Shown here: piece after piece, positions 54,418 to 64,000 of the stretch
How positions within the stretch are numbered: position 1 is the first letter of the stretch
Layout: every line of letters starts with the position of its first letter
DNA from: an uncultured Verrucomicrobiae bacterium
GTDB taxonomy: Bacteria; Verrucomicrobiota; Verrucomicrobiia; Chthoniobacterales; UBA10450
Reading direction: 5' to 3'
Assembly: GCA_963726745.1 (NCBI GenBank)
Contig: CAVSDR010000006.1
Location: 704,001-768,000 of the forward strand
DNA length: 64,000 bases
The notes under the pieces: model-generated
Told to the model about the DNA's origin: nothing
Databases searched by the model: none
Seen by the model: the letters and a program-made list of their open reading frames with translations, nothing else
Made by a program: the position numbers and the translations under genes

Positions 54418-56721
54418 CTAAAAGCGCATCTTCACGCCACCGTAGTAATTCCGGCGCGACGCGGGGACGATGCCTTCGTCGCGCACTTCGGCCCAGAAAT
54501 CTTCGTCGAAGAGATTGTTGATCCCGGCGAAGACTCCGAAGCGCTCCTCCCGGCCGAAGTTATACTCCGCGGTCAGGTCCCAGACGGTGTGCGCCGGGAT
54601 CTCGCGTTGGAAGGTGTTGTTCGCGTCGGCAAAACTCTGGTCGACATACGTCCCGATGAGGCCGGCCTTGATCGTTTCGTGGAAGTGATAAACGCCGCCG
54701 ACCTTAACCAGGTAATCCGGCGCGTAGCTCGGGGTGAAGCCGCTGTTTGGCCCAGAGGTAAACTCGGCATCGAGCAGGGTGATGTTGCCGTAGAAGTTGA
54801 GCTTGCCGAAAGGCGATTCGCTCCCGCCATGGAGCACCGCGAGCAGGTCGACTTCGGCTGCGGCCTCGATCCCGCGGAAGCGCGCATCGCCCACGTTCCC
54901 GGTGGAGGCGGCGCCATTAGCCAGCGAGATGTCGCCCACCTGGTCCTCGAAATTGAAGAAGAATCCGCTCACGTCGAAACTCAGGTAAGGCAAAGGCTTC
55001 CCGCGCAGGCCGAGCTCAAACTGAAGCGAGCGCCCTTCTTTCAGGTCGCCATTGACCACGCCGTTCGCGCTGGTCGGCACGAGCTCGCCATAGGTCCGCG
55101 GGCGGTAAGCCTGCGCCACTGTCCCGTAAACTTCGAGGCGCGGCGGGCCTTGCGGGGTCATCACCGGGACGATGTTTTTGCCATCGCTGCCGGCGGTGGT
55201 GGGCGCGACGCCTTCGAGGAGGACGTAGTTTGCGCCGAGGCCGAAGAGCGGGATGAAATTGAAGTCCGAGCTCGAGTTCAAGGTCGCGCGGCTGATGTTG
55301 AACTCCTCCTCCACCCCTTGGTCGAGGAACTCCAGCCGCATCCCTGGGGTGATCGAAAGCCGCCCGAACTTGAAGCGGTTCTCGGCGAAGATCGCGCCGT
55401 CCCAGGTCTCGCCCGTGTTCAGGTTGCGCAGTTGCCCGTCGCTCGCGCCTGGAGTGGCGCCGCGTTTGTCCGTCCGGTCCTGGACCGCGTGGTAGAAATA
55501 CAAGCCGCCGGCAAAAGTCGAGGTGTCGCCGCCTAACGAGTAATCATGCCGCAGGCGCAGCTCCGCGCCCTCGGTCCAATCCTCGCGATCCTGGATCGAG
55601 TTCGTGGCCGCCGCGCCGCCGCTCGGCCGCGTGCCGAATCCGCCGCCGCGCTGGCGCTGGCTATAGCGCGAGAGGTAGCCGCCCCAAGCCTTCACCTCGA
55701 GACGCGTCTGCTCGCCCAGGAGCTTCTGGTATTCCAGGGTCGCGAAGTAGCGCTCCAGGCGGAAGAGATCGAAGAAGCGCGTGCTCGCGTTCCGATCGTC
55801 CTCGTAGTAGCGGGAGTTCGCCGGGTTCACCGCTTCGCGCCGACGCAAGCCGCCGGGTTCGCCGTGCTCTTCGTAGTAGGCGTCGAGCGTCAGGATAAAG
55901 CGGCTGGAATCGTCCACGTCCAGGACCAGCTTCACGCTCCCGGCATTCAAATCGTAGCCGCCGTTCGCCTCGCGAAAACCTTCGCGCTCGCGGTGATCGT
56001 AGTAGGCGTAGTAGCTCGCCGCGCCCAGCTTCCCGCTCAGCGAAGTGAAATTTTGGAAGAGCTCGTCGGAGCCGTAGAGATTCTTGGTGAAGAACTCAAA
56101 CGGCACATCGCGCCGCGGCATCTTGCTGATGAAATTGATCGCGCCGCCGGGTTGCGGACCGAACTGCAGCGAGGCCCCCGCGCGCAGGAACTCGATCCGC
56201 TCGACCGCGTCCAGGATCGGCGTGTAATGCGCTTCCGGGAAGCCGAACTGCTCGTTCTTGATCGAGACGCCGTCCTTCAAAATTTGGGTGAACTCACTGC
56301 GCTGCGAGTCGAGCCCGCGGTAGCCGAAATTGATGATCGGCGACGACGGCTCCTCGCTCACGAGCAGACCGGGCGTGGTCGCGAGCACCTCGCGGTAATT
56401 GTTGTTCGCCACGCTCGGGAATTCCTCCGGCTTCACGAACGAGCTCTTCTTGCCGGAGTTAATCCGCGTCCCTTCCACTTCCGGCAGCGCGGGATATTCC
56501 ACCGGCTCGACTTCGAAGCCGCGCACGACCACGTGCTCCAGGTCGACCGTGCGGCCGCTCACCTGCGCGAGCGTGATCTCGCTGTCTGTTTGCGGAAGGC
56601 GCTCACCCTGGGCGTTAAACGACGGTCGCGCTTCGGTCTCGCCAAGCACTGCGGTGATCGCACAAAAAGGCGTGGCGGCGACGAGCGTGAGGGGGAGAAC
56701 CGAGGAAAACAACGAGCGCAT
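54418..56721 (-). CDS. TonB-dependent receptor (FecA-like)
   Basis: Plug RIEFLRAGASLQFGPQPGGAINF; GINNLFD; C-terminal F. Confidence 0.9.
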   Translation of the reverse strand: MRSLFSSVLPLTLVAATPFCAITAVLGETEARPSFNAQGERLPQTDSEITLAQVSGRTVDLEHVVVRGFEVEPVEYPALPEVEGTRINSGKKSSFVKPEEFPSVANNNYREVLATTPGLLVSEEPSSPIINFGYRGLDSQRSEFTQILKDGVSIKNEQFGFPEAHYTPILDAVERIEFLRAGASLQFGPQPGGAINFISKMPRRDVPFEFFTKNLYGSDELFQNFTSLSGKLGAASYYAYYDHREREGFREANGGYDLNAGSVKLVLDVDDSSRFILTLDAYYEEHGEPGGLRRREAVNPANSRYYEDDRNASTRFFDLFRLERYFATLEYQKLLGEQTRLEVKAWGGYLSRYSQRQRGGGFGTRPSGGAAATNSIQDREDWTEGAELRLRHDYSLGGDTSTFAGGLYFYHAVQDRTDKRGATPGASDGQLRNLNTGETWDGAIFAENRFKFGRLSITPGMRLEFLDQGVEEEFNISRATLNSSSDFNFIPLFGLGANYVLLEGVAPTTAGSDGKNIVPVMTPQGPPRLEVYGTVAQAYRPRTYGELVPTSANGVVNGDLKEGRSLQFELGLRGKPLPYLSFDVSGFFFNFEDQVGDISLANGAASTGNVGDARFRGIEAAAEVDLLAVLHGGSESPFGKLNFYGNITLLDAEFTSGPNSGFTPSYAPDYLVKVGGVYHFHETIKAGLIGTYVDQSFADANNTFQREIPAHTVWDLTAEYNFGREERFGVFAGINNLFDEDFWAEVRDEGIVPASRRNYYGGVKMRF

Positions 56722-56790
56722 AGCCGCGAAGAAAAGTCGAAGCTCCAGCGCCGCGCAAGAACTTTATGACAAACCTGTAATTTTCACGCC

Positions 56791-57351
56791 ATGCCGACAA
56801 TTGATCCCCTGCCTACCGGCCACGCCGGGTTTGCCCAGCGTCTCGCGCTTGGGCCGCGCCTCGATCCGACCGCTTTCGTCGTGCCCGGCGCCACCGTCGT
56901 GGGCGATGTCACGCTCGAAGCCGAGGCGAGCGTTTGGTTCGGCGCCGTCCTCCGCGGCGACATCAACCGCATCGTCGTTGGCCCGCAATCCAACGTGCAG
57001 GACAACGCCGTCCTCCATCTTTCCGACGACTTTCCCGCACTCCTCGGCGCGCGCGTGACCGTAGGCCACGGCGCGATCGTGCACGCCTGCGCGGTCGACG
57101 ACGAATGCCTCATCGGCATGGGCGCGGTCGTGCTCGACGGCGCGGAAATCGGCGCGCGCTCGATCATTGGCGCAAACGCCCTCGTCACTGTCGGCGCGAA
57201 GATTCCGCCCGGCTCGCTCGTGCTCGGTTCGCCGGGGAAAGTGGTGCGCTCGCTCTCACCGGAGGAGCAGGCCGGCATCCGGCATTGGGCGCTCAAATAC
57301 GTCGAGAACGCGCGTCTCTTTAGGGAGCACTACGAAGCAACTGCTCGTTAG
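56791..57351 (+). CDS. gamma-carbonic anhydrase family protein
   Basis: Hexapeptide repeats; VLRGD, SNVQDN..LH, GHGAIVHAC. Confidence 0.9.
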   Translation: MPTIDPLPTGHAGFAQRLALGPRLDPTAFVVPGATVVGDVTLEAEASVWFGAVLRGDINRIVVGPQSNVQDNAVLHLSDDFPALLGARVTVGHGAIVHACAVDDECLIGMGAVVLDGAEIGARSIIGANALVTVGAKIPPGSLVLGSPGKVVRSLSPEEQAGIRHWALKYVENARLFREHYEATAR

Positions 57352-58426
57352 CCAATTCCCGCGCGCGTTCGCGCAAAAACTCCGCCGGCCGCGCGAGCGC
57401 GTCGGCTATTTCCACCGGCGGCCGCGCCACTTCGTAGACCGCGTCGAACACGCTTCCGGCGGCGATGTCTTCCACGGTTCCGACAATCGCGAAGACCCGC
57501 TTCCCGGCAGCACGCGCCATGGCGGCCACGCCCGCCGGCGCCTTCCCCTCGGCGGTCTGCGCATCGAGCCGGCCTTCGCCGGTAATCACGATGTCGGCCG
57601 CGCGAATCGCCTCCCGGAGGCCGATCTGCTCCGCCACGATCTCAAATCCCGGGCGCACGGTCGCGCCGCAAAAAGTCATCAACCCGAAGCCCAAACCACC
57701 CGCCGCGCCCGCGCCCGGCGTCGCTCGAAAGTCGCGCCCGAAAGTTTCCGCCGCCACGTCAGCCAGTCGCTCCAACGCGCGCTCCAAGGTTGCTGTCTGT
57801 TCCGGCGTCACGCCCTTCTGCGGACCAAAAACGCGCGTCGCCCCACGCTCGCCGAGGAGGGGATTGCGCACGTCCGCCGCGGCTGTCATTGGCGGCAACT
57901 TCAAGCCGCGCGGCGCCTCGATTCGCTGGAGCCGCGCGAGCCCCGGGACGCGCTCGCCGATCTCCGCGCCCTTCGCATCGAGCAAGCGAAAACCGAGCGC
58001 GCGCGCCAGGCCGGACCCGCCGTCATTGGTCGCGCTCCCACCTAGGCCGATGATGATCTTCTCAACCCCGAGCCCGATCGCAGCCAGCAACATCTGCCCG
58101 GTGCCAAAAGTGGAAGCTGCCAGCGGATGGTGCTCGTTAGGCCGCAACCGCCACAGCCCGGAGGCCTGGCTCATCTCCAGGACCGCGACGCGCTCCGCCG
58201 CCACGCGATAGCGCGCCGTAACCGCACGTCCCAGCGGATCGCACACCGTGCATTCCTGTTCCTCGCCGCCAATCGCTTCCGCCGTTCCCTCCCCGCCATC
58301 CGCCACCGGCAGGCAGACAATCTCCGCCGCCGGCAAAACCTCGCGCAATCCCTCAGCGATTGCTGCCGCCACCGCCGCCGCGCCTAACGAGCCCTTGAAC
58401 TTATCCGGCGCGATCAGGATGCGCAT
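57320..58426 (-). CDS. glycerate kinase
   Basis: APDKFKGSL, ADGGEGT, GLGGSATNDGG, FGPQKG, GAAGGLG, TGEGRLD. Confidence 0.92.
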   Translation of the reverse strand: MRILIAPDKFKGSLGAAAVAAAIAEGLREVLPAAEIVCLPVADGGEGTAEAIGGEEQECTVCDPLGRAVTARYRVAAERVAVLEMSQASGLWRLRPNEHHPLAASTFGTGQMLLAAIGLGVEKIIIGLGGSATNDGGSGLARALGFRLLDAKGAEIGERVPGLARLQRIEAPRGLKLPPMTAAADVRNPLLGERGATRVFGPQKGVTPEQTATLERALERLADVAAETFGRDFRATPGAGAAGGLGFGLMTFCGATVRPGFEIVAEQIGLREAIRAADIVITGEGRLDAQTAEGKAPAGVAAMARAAGKRVFAIVGTVEDIAAGSVFDAVYEVARPPVEIADALARPAEFLRERARELANEQLLRSAP

Positions 58427-58433
58427 TGGAGAG

Positions 58434-59882
58434 CTAGCCTCCAAGCTTCCGCGCAAGGATCTCGCCGACGAGCTGCGGGTTCGCCTGCCCCTTCGAGAGC
58501 TTCATCACCTGCCCCTTGAGGAAATTGAGCGAGGCCACATTCCCCGCGCGATAATCCGCCGCCGGCTTGGGGTTCGCCGCGATCGCCTCGTCGCAGAAGG
58601 CCTCGATCGCGCCGGCATCGCTCACTTGCTCGATCCCCTTTTCGCGCACGATTTCGGCCGCGCCCTTTCCGCTGGCGAACATCTCCGCGAAAACTTCCTT
58701 CGCCTGTTTGCCGCTGATCGTCCCGGCCTCGATCAGGTTGACTAATTCGTCGAGCGACTCGGGCGTCACCGGGCAATCGGCGATCGTTTTGCCGGAATTA
58801 GCCAGCGCATTCTGGAGCTCGTTCAGGATCCAGTTGGCCACGCTCTTGGGCTTCCGCGCGCCGCGGGCCGCGCGCTCGAAGTAGTCGGCTAACGACAAGT
58901 CGCTGGCTAAAACGCCGGCGTCGTACGCGCTCACTTCATACTGCGCGATGAAGCGCGCCTGCTTCGCCGCGGGCAACTCCGGCACACGCGCGCGCATCTC
59001 CTCCAGCAGCGGTGCGGTGTGCACCGGGACGAGGTCGGGATCGGGGAAATAGCGGTAGTCATGCGCGCTTTCCTTCGTGCGCATGAGGAAGGTTTTGCCG
59101 GCGGCGTCGTCCCAACCGCGCGTCTCCTGCGCGAGTGTTTCGCCCGCGGCCAGGGCCGCCGCCTGCCGCTCGATCTCGTAGGCTAAAGCCCGGCGCACTC
59201 CGCTGATCGAGTTCATGTTCTTGATCTCGATTTTCGCGCCTAACGACTCCTGTCCCGCCGGCCGCAGCGAGACGTTGCAATCGCAGCGGAGCTGGCCCTT
59301 TTCCATATCCGCATCGCTCACCCCGCCATAGATCAGGATTTGCCGGAGGGCGGTCAGGAAAGCGAAAGCTTCCTCCGGCGTTTCGATCGTCGGCTCGGTC
59401 ACGATCTCCATCAAGGGCGTGCCCGCACGGTTGAAATCGATTCCGCTCTGGCTCTCGAAGTGGAAGCTCTTGGCCACATCTTCCTCCAGATGAATTCGGA
59501 CTAACGACACCTGCTTCTCGCGCGCTTTCTTTTGCGCGTCCTTCGGGAAGGCGAGCGGATGCAGCGTCACCCGGCCGCCGGTGCAAAGTGGCTCGTCGTA
59601 TTGCGTGATCTGATAATTCTTCGCGACGTCGGGGTAGAAGTAATTCTTCCGGTCGAATTTGCTCACCGCCGGGATCGCACAGTCGAGCATCAAGCCAGTG
59701 AGCACGGTCAGCCGCAGCGCCTCGTGATTGATCACTGGCAAGGCGCCCGGCAAACCAAGACAGGTCGGGCAGGTCTGCGTGTTTGCCTCCGCGCCGAAGC
59801 CGGTCGCGCAGGCGCAGAACATCTTCGAGCGCGTGCGCAATTGCACGTGCACCTCGAGGCCGATGGAGGTCAGATACTTCAC
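58434..59882 (-). CDS. gatB: Asp/Glu-tRNA amidotransferase subunit B
   Basis: IGLEVHVQL, FDRKNYFYPD, HLEED, NRAGTPLMEIV, YRYFPDPDL. Confidence 0.95.
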   Translation of the reverse strand: MKYLTSIGLEVHVQLRTRSKMFCACATGFGAEANTQTCPTCLGLPGALPVINHEALRLTVLTGLMLDCAIPAVSKFDRKNYFYPDVAKNYQITQYDEPLCTGGRVTLHPLAFPKDAQKKAREKQVSLVRIHLEEDVAKSFHFESQSGIDFNRAGTPLMEIVTEPTIETPEEAFAFLTALRQILIYGGVSDADMEKGQLRCDCNVSLRPAGQESLGAKIEIKNMNSISGVRRALAYEIERQAAALAAGETLAQETRGWDDAAGKTFLMRTKESAHDYRYFPDPDLVPVHTAPLLEEMRARVPELPAAKQARFIAQYEVSAYDAGVLASDLSLADYFERAARGARKPKSVANWILNELQNALANSGKTIADCPVTPESLDELVNLIEAGTISGKQAKEVFAEMFASGKGAAEIVREKGIEQVSDAGAIEAFCDEAIAANPKPAADYRAGNVASLNFLKGQVMKLSKGQANPQLVGEILARKLGG

Positions 59883-60730
59883 GGCTTCTCCTTCTCCTCT
59901 TCCGCGAAGCCAAGCGCTTTCCGGAGGTCGAAGCGCTTGACCGCGCGCGCGATTTCCGGGTCGTTGGCCACCTCGATCAAACGGGGATCTTGCAGGAGCT
60001 GCCAAAATTTTCCCTCAGCCAGCAGGCGCTGGATTTCGGGGTCGGCGCGGAGCGCGAGGATCTTCGGGTGATCAGCCACTTCGGCGACGCCGGGATAGGA
60101 GAGGAAGCGCGAGGCGCGCTCCGGCTTGCTGAAGGTTTCGCCCAGTTTAGCCAGCGTTTCGTAGACGCCCGCGGGGAGGATATCGGCCTGCCGCACGACT
60201 TCGCCCACCGGTCCGAGCTCGATCGAATTTTTCAGCCGCGCCATCGAGGCCACAAGGTCTTCGCTTGACCGCGGGGTAGCCGCGCGGGTTTGCGCTTCCG
60301 CGACGGCGCCGATCGAGCGGATCCCGATGACCAGCAGCCAGATGAAAAAGATTCCGAAGAACAAGCCAAGGACCGCGCCGGTGATCCCATAGACCATCCG
60401 CACGAGCGAAGAACCCTGCTGCGCGGTGCGCTTGAAGAGGATCGTGCCGACCGCGTTGATGATGGAGTAGACCACCGCCGCGAGGATGATCCCGCCGACC
60501 GCGGAGATGACGAAATCCGGCACCTGCAAAACTGGTCGCAGGAAAGGCAGCAGGAGTCCTCCGCCGAAAAACGCCGCTGCATAAGCCGCCAGGAGCGCGC
60601 CCAGCCTAACGAGTTGTCGGGGAAGCCCGAGGCGCCAGCCGCGCACGACCTCGAAGAGGAGCAGGACGACCGCGAAAGAAACAAAAACCGTCTGCCAAAG
60701 CGGCGAGCCGGCGATGAAGCTTTCCTTCAT
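59879..60730 (-). CDS. CvpA-family membrane protein
   Basis: RGWRLG, four TM helices, GAVLG. Confidence 0.7.
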   Translation of the reverse strand: MKESFIAGSPLWQTVFVSFAVVLLLFEVVRGWRLGLPRQLVRLGALLAAYAAAFFGGGLLLPFLRPVLQVPDFVISAVGGIILAAVVYSIINAVGTILFKRTAQQGSSLVRMVYGITGAVLGLFFGIFFIWLLVIGIRSIGAVAEAQTRAATPRSSEDLVASMARLKNSIELGPVGEVVRQADILPAGVYETLAKLGETFSKPERASRFLSYPGVAEVADHPKILALRADPEIQRLLAEGKFWQLLQDPRLIEVANDPEIARAVKRFDLRKALGFAEEEKEKP

Positions 60731-61818
60731 CTCGCTGGCAAATTCACCGCGCGCTGGCGTAGCGCATGGTCGCAGAGGACGAGCGCCGCCATCGCCTCGA
60801 CCATCGGCACGGCGCGCGGCAGGACGCAAGGATCGTGGCGTCCGCGGGCCGCGAGCGTCGTCTCCTCGCCGGAAGTGGTCACGGTCTGCTGCGGGCGCGC
60901 AATCGTGGCCGTGGGCTTGAAAGCGACCCGGAAAACGATGTCCTCGCCGTTGCTGATCCCGCCCTGCACACCGCCGGAGCGGTTCGACTGCGTCCGCACC
61001 GCACCGCCGCGCATTTCGAAAGCGTCGTTATGCTCCGAGCCTTTCATCCGCGTGGCCGCAAACCCGGAGCCAAGCTCGAAGCCTTTCGTCGCTGGCAGGC
61101 TCAACATTGCTTTCGCGAGGTCGGCCTCGAGCTTGTCGAAGACCGGCTCACCCAGGCCCGCGGGCACGCCGCGCAGGACGCACTCAATGATGCCGCCTAA
61201 CGAGTCGCCTTCCGCGCGTGCTTGCTGGATGGCCTCGATCATCCGCGCGGCGGCGTCGCGGTCGGGACAGCGGACGGCATTGGCTTCCACCTGTGCGCGC
61301 GTGATCGCCGCCGGATCGAGCGCAGCCGCGATCGTGTGCACGCTGGCGACGTAAGCCACGATCTCCAACTCGCTGGCTAAATGAGCCAGCACTTTGCGCG
61401 CGACCGCGCCGGCAGCGACGCGGCCAATGGTTTCGCGCGCGGAAGCGCGGCCGCCGCCCTGCCAGTTTCGAATGCCGTATTTCGCCTCGTAGGTGAAGTC
61501 GGCATGCGACGGGCGAAAAGTTTGCGCCATCTCCGCGTAGGCCTCCGGCCGCGCGTCGGTGTTGCGGACCAGGATGGCGATCGGCGTGCCGAGCGTGTGG
61601 CCCTCGAAAATGCCGGATAAAATCTCCGCGCGATCGGCTTCTTTACGCTGGGTCACGATCTCGCTCTGGCCGGGACGCCGGCGATCCAATTCGACCTGCA
61701 GGTCCGCTTCGCTTAGGGCGATCCGCGGCGGGCAGCCATCGATGACCACACCCACGCCGCCGCCGTGGGATTCGCCCCAGGTGGTGATGCGGAAAAGGTG
61801 GCCAAAGGTGTTCGGCAT
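60727..61818 (-). CDS. aroC: chorismate synthase
   Basis: GESHG, RPSHAD, RASARET, GGISNG, FKPTAT, GRHDPC. Confidence 0.97.
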   Translation of the reverse strand: MPNTFGHLFRITTWGESHGGGVGVVIDGCPPRIALSEADLQVELDRRRPGQSEIVTQRKEADRAEILSGIFEGHTLGTPIAILVRNTDARPEAYAEMAQTFRPSHADFTYEAKYGIRNWQGGGRASARETIGRVAAGAVARKVLAHLASELEIVAYVASVHTIAAALDPAAITRAQVEANAVRCPDRDAAARMIEAIQQARAEGDSLGGIIECVLRGVPAGLGEPVFDKLEADLAKAMLSLPATKGFELGSGFAATRMKGSEHNDAFEMRGGAVRTQSNRSGGVQGGISNGEDIVFRVAFKPTATIARPQQTVTTSGEETTLAARGRHDPCVLPRAVPMVEAMAALVLCDHALRQRAVNLPAR

Positions 61819-61832
61819 CGCGCGCGCAGCGT

Positions 61833-62993
61833 CTACATCGCGGCAAAGGCCGTGCGGAGATCGTCCTTCAAATCCTCGACGTCCTCGACGCCGACACTTA
61901 ACCGGACGAGCGAATCAGTGATCCCGAGCTTGGCCCGCGTTTCCGGCGGGATCGAGCCGTGGGTCATGAGCGCCGGATGATTAATCAGGCTCTCGACGCC
62001 GCCTAACGACTCCGCGAGCGAGAAGAGGTGAGTGTTCTCGAGAAAACGCCGGGTGCCGGCGAGATCGGTGTCGAGCACGACCGTGACCATGCCGCCGAAG
62101 CCGCGCATCTGGCGCTTGGCCAACTCGTGCTGCGGATGGTCAGGCAGGCCCGGGTAGAAGAGCTTCGCGAGCTTCTTCTCGCTGGTGAGCCACTGTGCGA
62201 TCTCGAGGGCGTTTTGCGAATGTCGCTCCATCCGCAGGGCCAGCGTCTTCAAGCCGCGCATCGCGAGGAAGCTGTCGAACGGCCCGGCGATCGCGCCGAC
62301 CGCGTTCTGCAGGAATTGCATCTGGTCGGCTAATTCCTGGTTTTCCCCGACAACCGCGACGCCGCCAACCATGTCCGAGTGGCCGTTGAGATATTTCGTG
62401 GCCGAATGGATGACCATGTCGAAGCCAAGCTCGAGCGGCCGCTGCGCCCATGGGCTGGCGAAAGTGTTGTCCGAAACGCTGACCGCGCCGTGCTTCCGCG
62501 CGATCTGCGCGACCGCTTCCAGGTCGATCAATTTCAGCAGCGGATTGCTCGGCGTTTCCACCCAAACCATGCGCGTGTTCGGCTTGAAATGCTGCTCGAT
62601 CGCGGCCGCGTCCGACATGTCGATGAAGCTGAAATCGAGATTGGCCGAGCGGCGGCGGACTTTCTCGAAGAGGCGGAACGTCCCGCCATAGAGATCGTCG
62701 CTCACGAGCACGTGCGAGCCGCTCTCGAGAGTGTCGAGCGCGGTCGACATCGCGGCCAATCCGGAGGCAAAGGCCCAGCCGCGGGTGCCGCTCTCGAGAT
62801 CGGCGACGCACTTTTCGTAGGCCAGGCGCGTGGGATTGATCGAGCGCGAGTAATCGTAGCCCTTGTGCCGGCCCGGGCTTTCCTGGACGTAGGTCGAGGT
62901 CTGGTAGATCGGCGTCATGATCGCGCCCGTAGACGGATCGGGGGATTGGCCGGCGTGGATCGCGCGCGTGGCGAAGTCGTGCTGCTTCTTCAT
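61833..62993 (-). CDS. cystathionine gamma-synthase/lyase
   Basis: [47 protein letters not shown]. Confidence 0.93.
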   Translation of the reverse strand: MKKQHDFATRAIHAGQSPDPSTGAIMTPIYQTSTYVQESPGRHKGYDYSRSINPTRLAYEKCVADLESGTRGWAFASGLAAMSTALDTLESGSHVLVSDDLYGGTFRLFEKVRRRSANLDFSFIDMSDAAAIEQHFKPNTRMVWVETPSNPLLKLIDLEAVAQIARKHGAVSVSDNTFASPWAQRPLELGFDMVIHSATKYLNGHSDMVGGVAVVGENQELADQMQFLQNAVGAIAGPFDSFLAMRGLKTLALRMERHSQNALEIAQWLTSEKKLAKLFYPGLPDHPQHELAKRQMRGFGGMVTVVLDTDLAGTRRFLENTHLFSLAESLGGVESLINHPALMTHGSIPPETRAKLGITDSLVRLSVGVEDVEDLKDDLRTAFAAM

Positions 62994-63072
62994 TGGCCGG
63001 AGAGATTACCCAGAATCTGTCCTTGCGCGATCTCCGCTGAGAATGCTGCCAATCGAAGTGACGCGCTGCGGG

Positions 63073-64000
63073 CTACGGCAGGGTCAAATCGTCGGCGGCC
63101 GGCGGCGTCTTCGACATCTGCAGCCGCAGGTAAGCGAGCAGGTCGGTGCGCGTGATCAGGCCGAGGAATTTCTCGCCGTTCATCAAGATGGCGACGCGGC
63201 CGCGATCGAAGACCGCGAGCAGGTCGGAGATCTTCGCGGTCGGCGAGAGCGTCTCCAGCCGATCGGTCATGGCGCTGCCTACTTTTTCGTTAAAGGCGGC
63301 CGCGTCCTGCGTCACTTTCACCAAGAGGTCGGACTCGTCGAGAATGCCGACGGCGCGGTTGGTCTCGTCGACCACCGGGAGCTGCGAGACGTCGGCGGCG
63401 CGCATGCGCTTAAAGGCCGTGAGCAAGCTGTCGTTAGGCCCCACGGAGATGACTTCGCCCTTCTCGTGCCGGCGCGAGATCAGGTCGCTCAGGTCGCCGT
63501 GCATCGGGCGCTTGGTGAAGCCCTGCTCGGCCATCCAGAAGTTGTTGTACATCTTCGAGAGGTATTTGTTGCCGGTGTCGCAAACGAAGGTGACCACGCG
63601 TTTCGGCTTGGTCTGCTGGCGGCAATAGCGGAGCGCGGCGGCCACGAGCGTGCCGGTGGAGGAACCGCCGAGAATGCCTTCCTGGCGCAAGAGTTCGCGC
63701 GCGACCGCGAAGCTTTCCGCGTCCGGGATTTCGAAGGCGTCGGTCACGTAGGAGAGGTCGGCGATATCGGGAATGAAATCCTCGCCAATGCCCTCAACCG
63801 CCCAACTGCCGGCTTCGGTCATCTTCTTGGTCTTGATGTACTCGTAGAGGATCGAGCCCTGCGGGTCGGCCAGGATCATCTCGATCCCGCGGCGCGGGCG
63901 GCAACGGGAGAAGAATTTCCCGAGTCCGCTCAACGTCCCGCCGGAGCCAACGCCAACTACGACCGCGTCCACTTCGTGGCGCATTTGCTCCCAGATTTCC
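63073..64000 (-). CDS. cystathionine beta-synthase with CBS domains (5'-truncated by the window edge)
   Basis: GVGSGGT, EGIGEDF, EGILGGSSTG, CDTGNKYLSK, C-terminal CBS pair. Confidence 0.9.
   Translation of the reverse strand, partial: EIWEQMRHEVDAVVVGVGSGGTLSGLGKFFSRCRPRRGIEMILADPQGSILYEYIKTKKMTEAGSWAVEGIGEDFIPDIADLSYVTDAFEIPDAESFAVARELLRQEGILGGSSTGTLVAAALRYCRQQTKPKRVVTFVCDTGNKYLSKMYNNFWMAEQGFTKRPMHGDLSDLISRRHEKGEVISVGPNDSLLTAFKRMRAADVSQLPVVDETNRAVGILDESDLLVKVTQDAAAFNEKVGSAMTDRLETLSPTAKISDLLAVFDRGRVAILMNGEKFLGLITRTDLLAYLRLQMSKTPPAADDLTLP

Noticed and set aside
10456..63439. Iterated word as a Chi or KOPS site
   Set aside because: 15 vs 11 copies per strand shows no strong polarity within the window, whereas Chi and KOPS are strongly strand-biased. 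Not fully excluded without the whole replichore.

Overview
GC-rich bacterial DNA, probably Verrucomicrobiota (Chthoniobacterales-like). This is inferred from PEP-CTERM proteins, large secreted proteins with Asp-rich C-terminal domains and the gene set. Many frameshifts in conserved genes suggest an imperfectly polished long-read assembly. Contents: (1) 1-20.3 kb, an alpha-glucan/starch locus with four GH13 genes (one a ~2850-aa GH13+GH57-like fusion), a sugar ABC permease and binding lipoprotein, a LacI regulator and two PEP-CTERM proteins; (2) floA, alpha-2-macroglobulin/pbpC and tRNA-Leu(CAA); (3) 32.3-41.3 kb, an integron cassette array on the minus strand with 16 complete attC sites, one truncated attC, an attI-like site and no integrase in the window; (4) actP, two ECF sigma modules, a circularly permuted heme peroxidase, a TonB-dependent receptor and housekeeping genes (glycerate kinase, gatB, cvpA, aroC, cystathionine enzymes). 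The most striking unexplained signal is the non-palindromic word (C)TCGTTAGGC/GCCTAACGA(G). I counted 26 copies by hand outside the array, against well under 1 expected. The copies lie mostly inside genes, on both strands and in different frames, using rare codons, and the word is identical to the recombination end of the attC/attI sites. All calls come from reading the sequence; no database searches were run.
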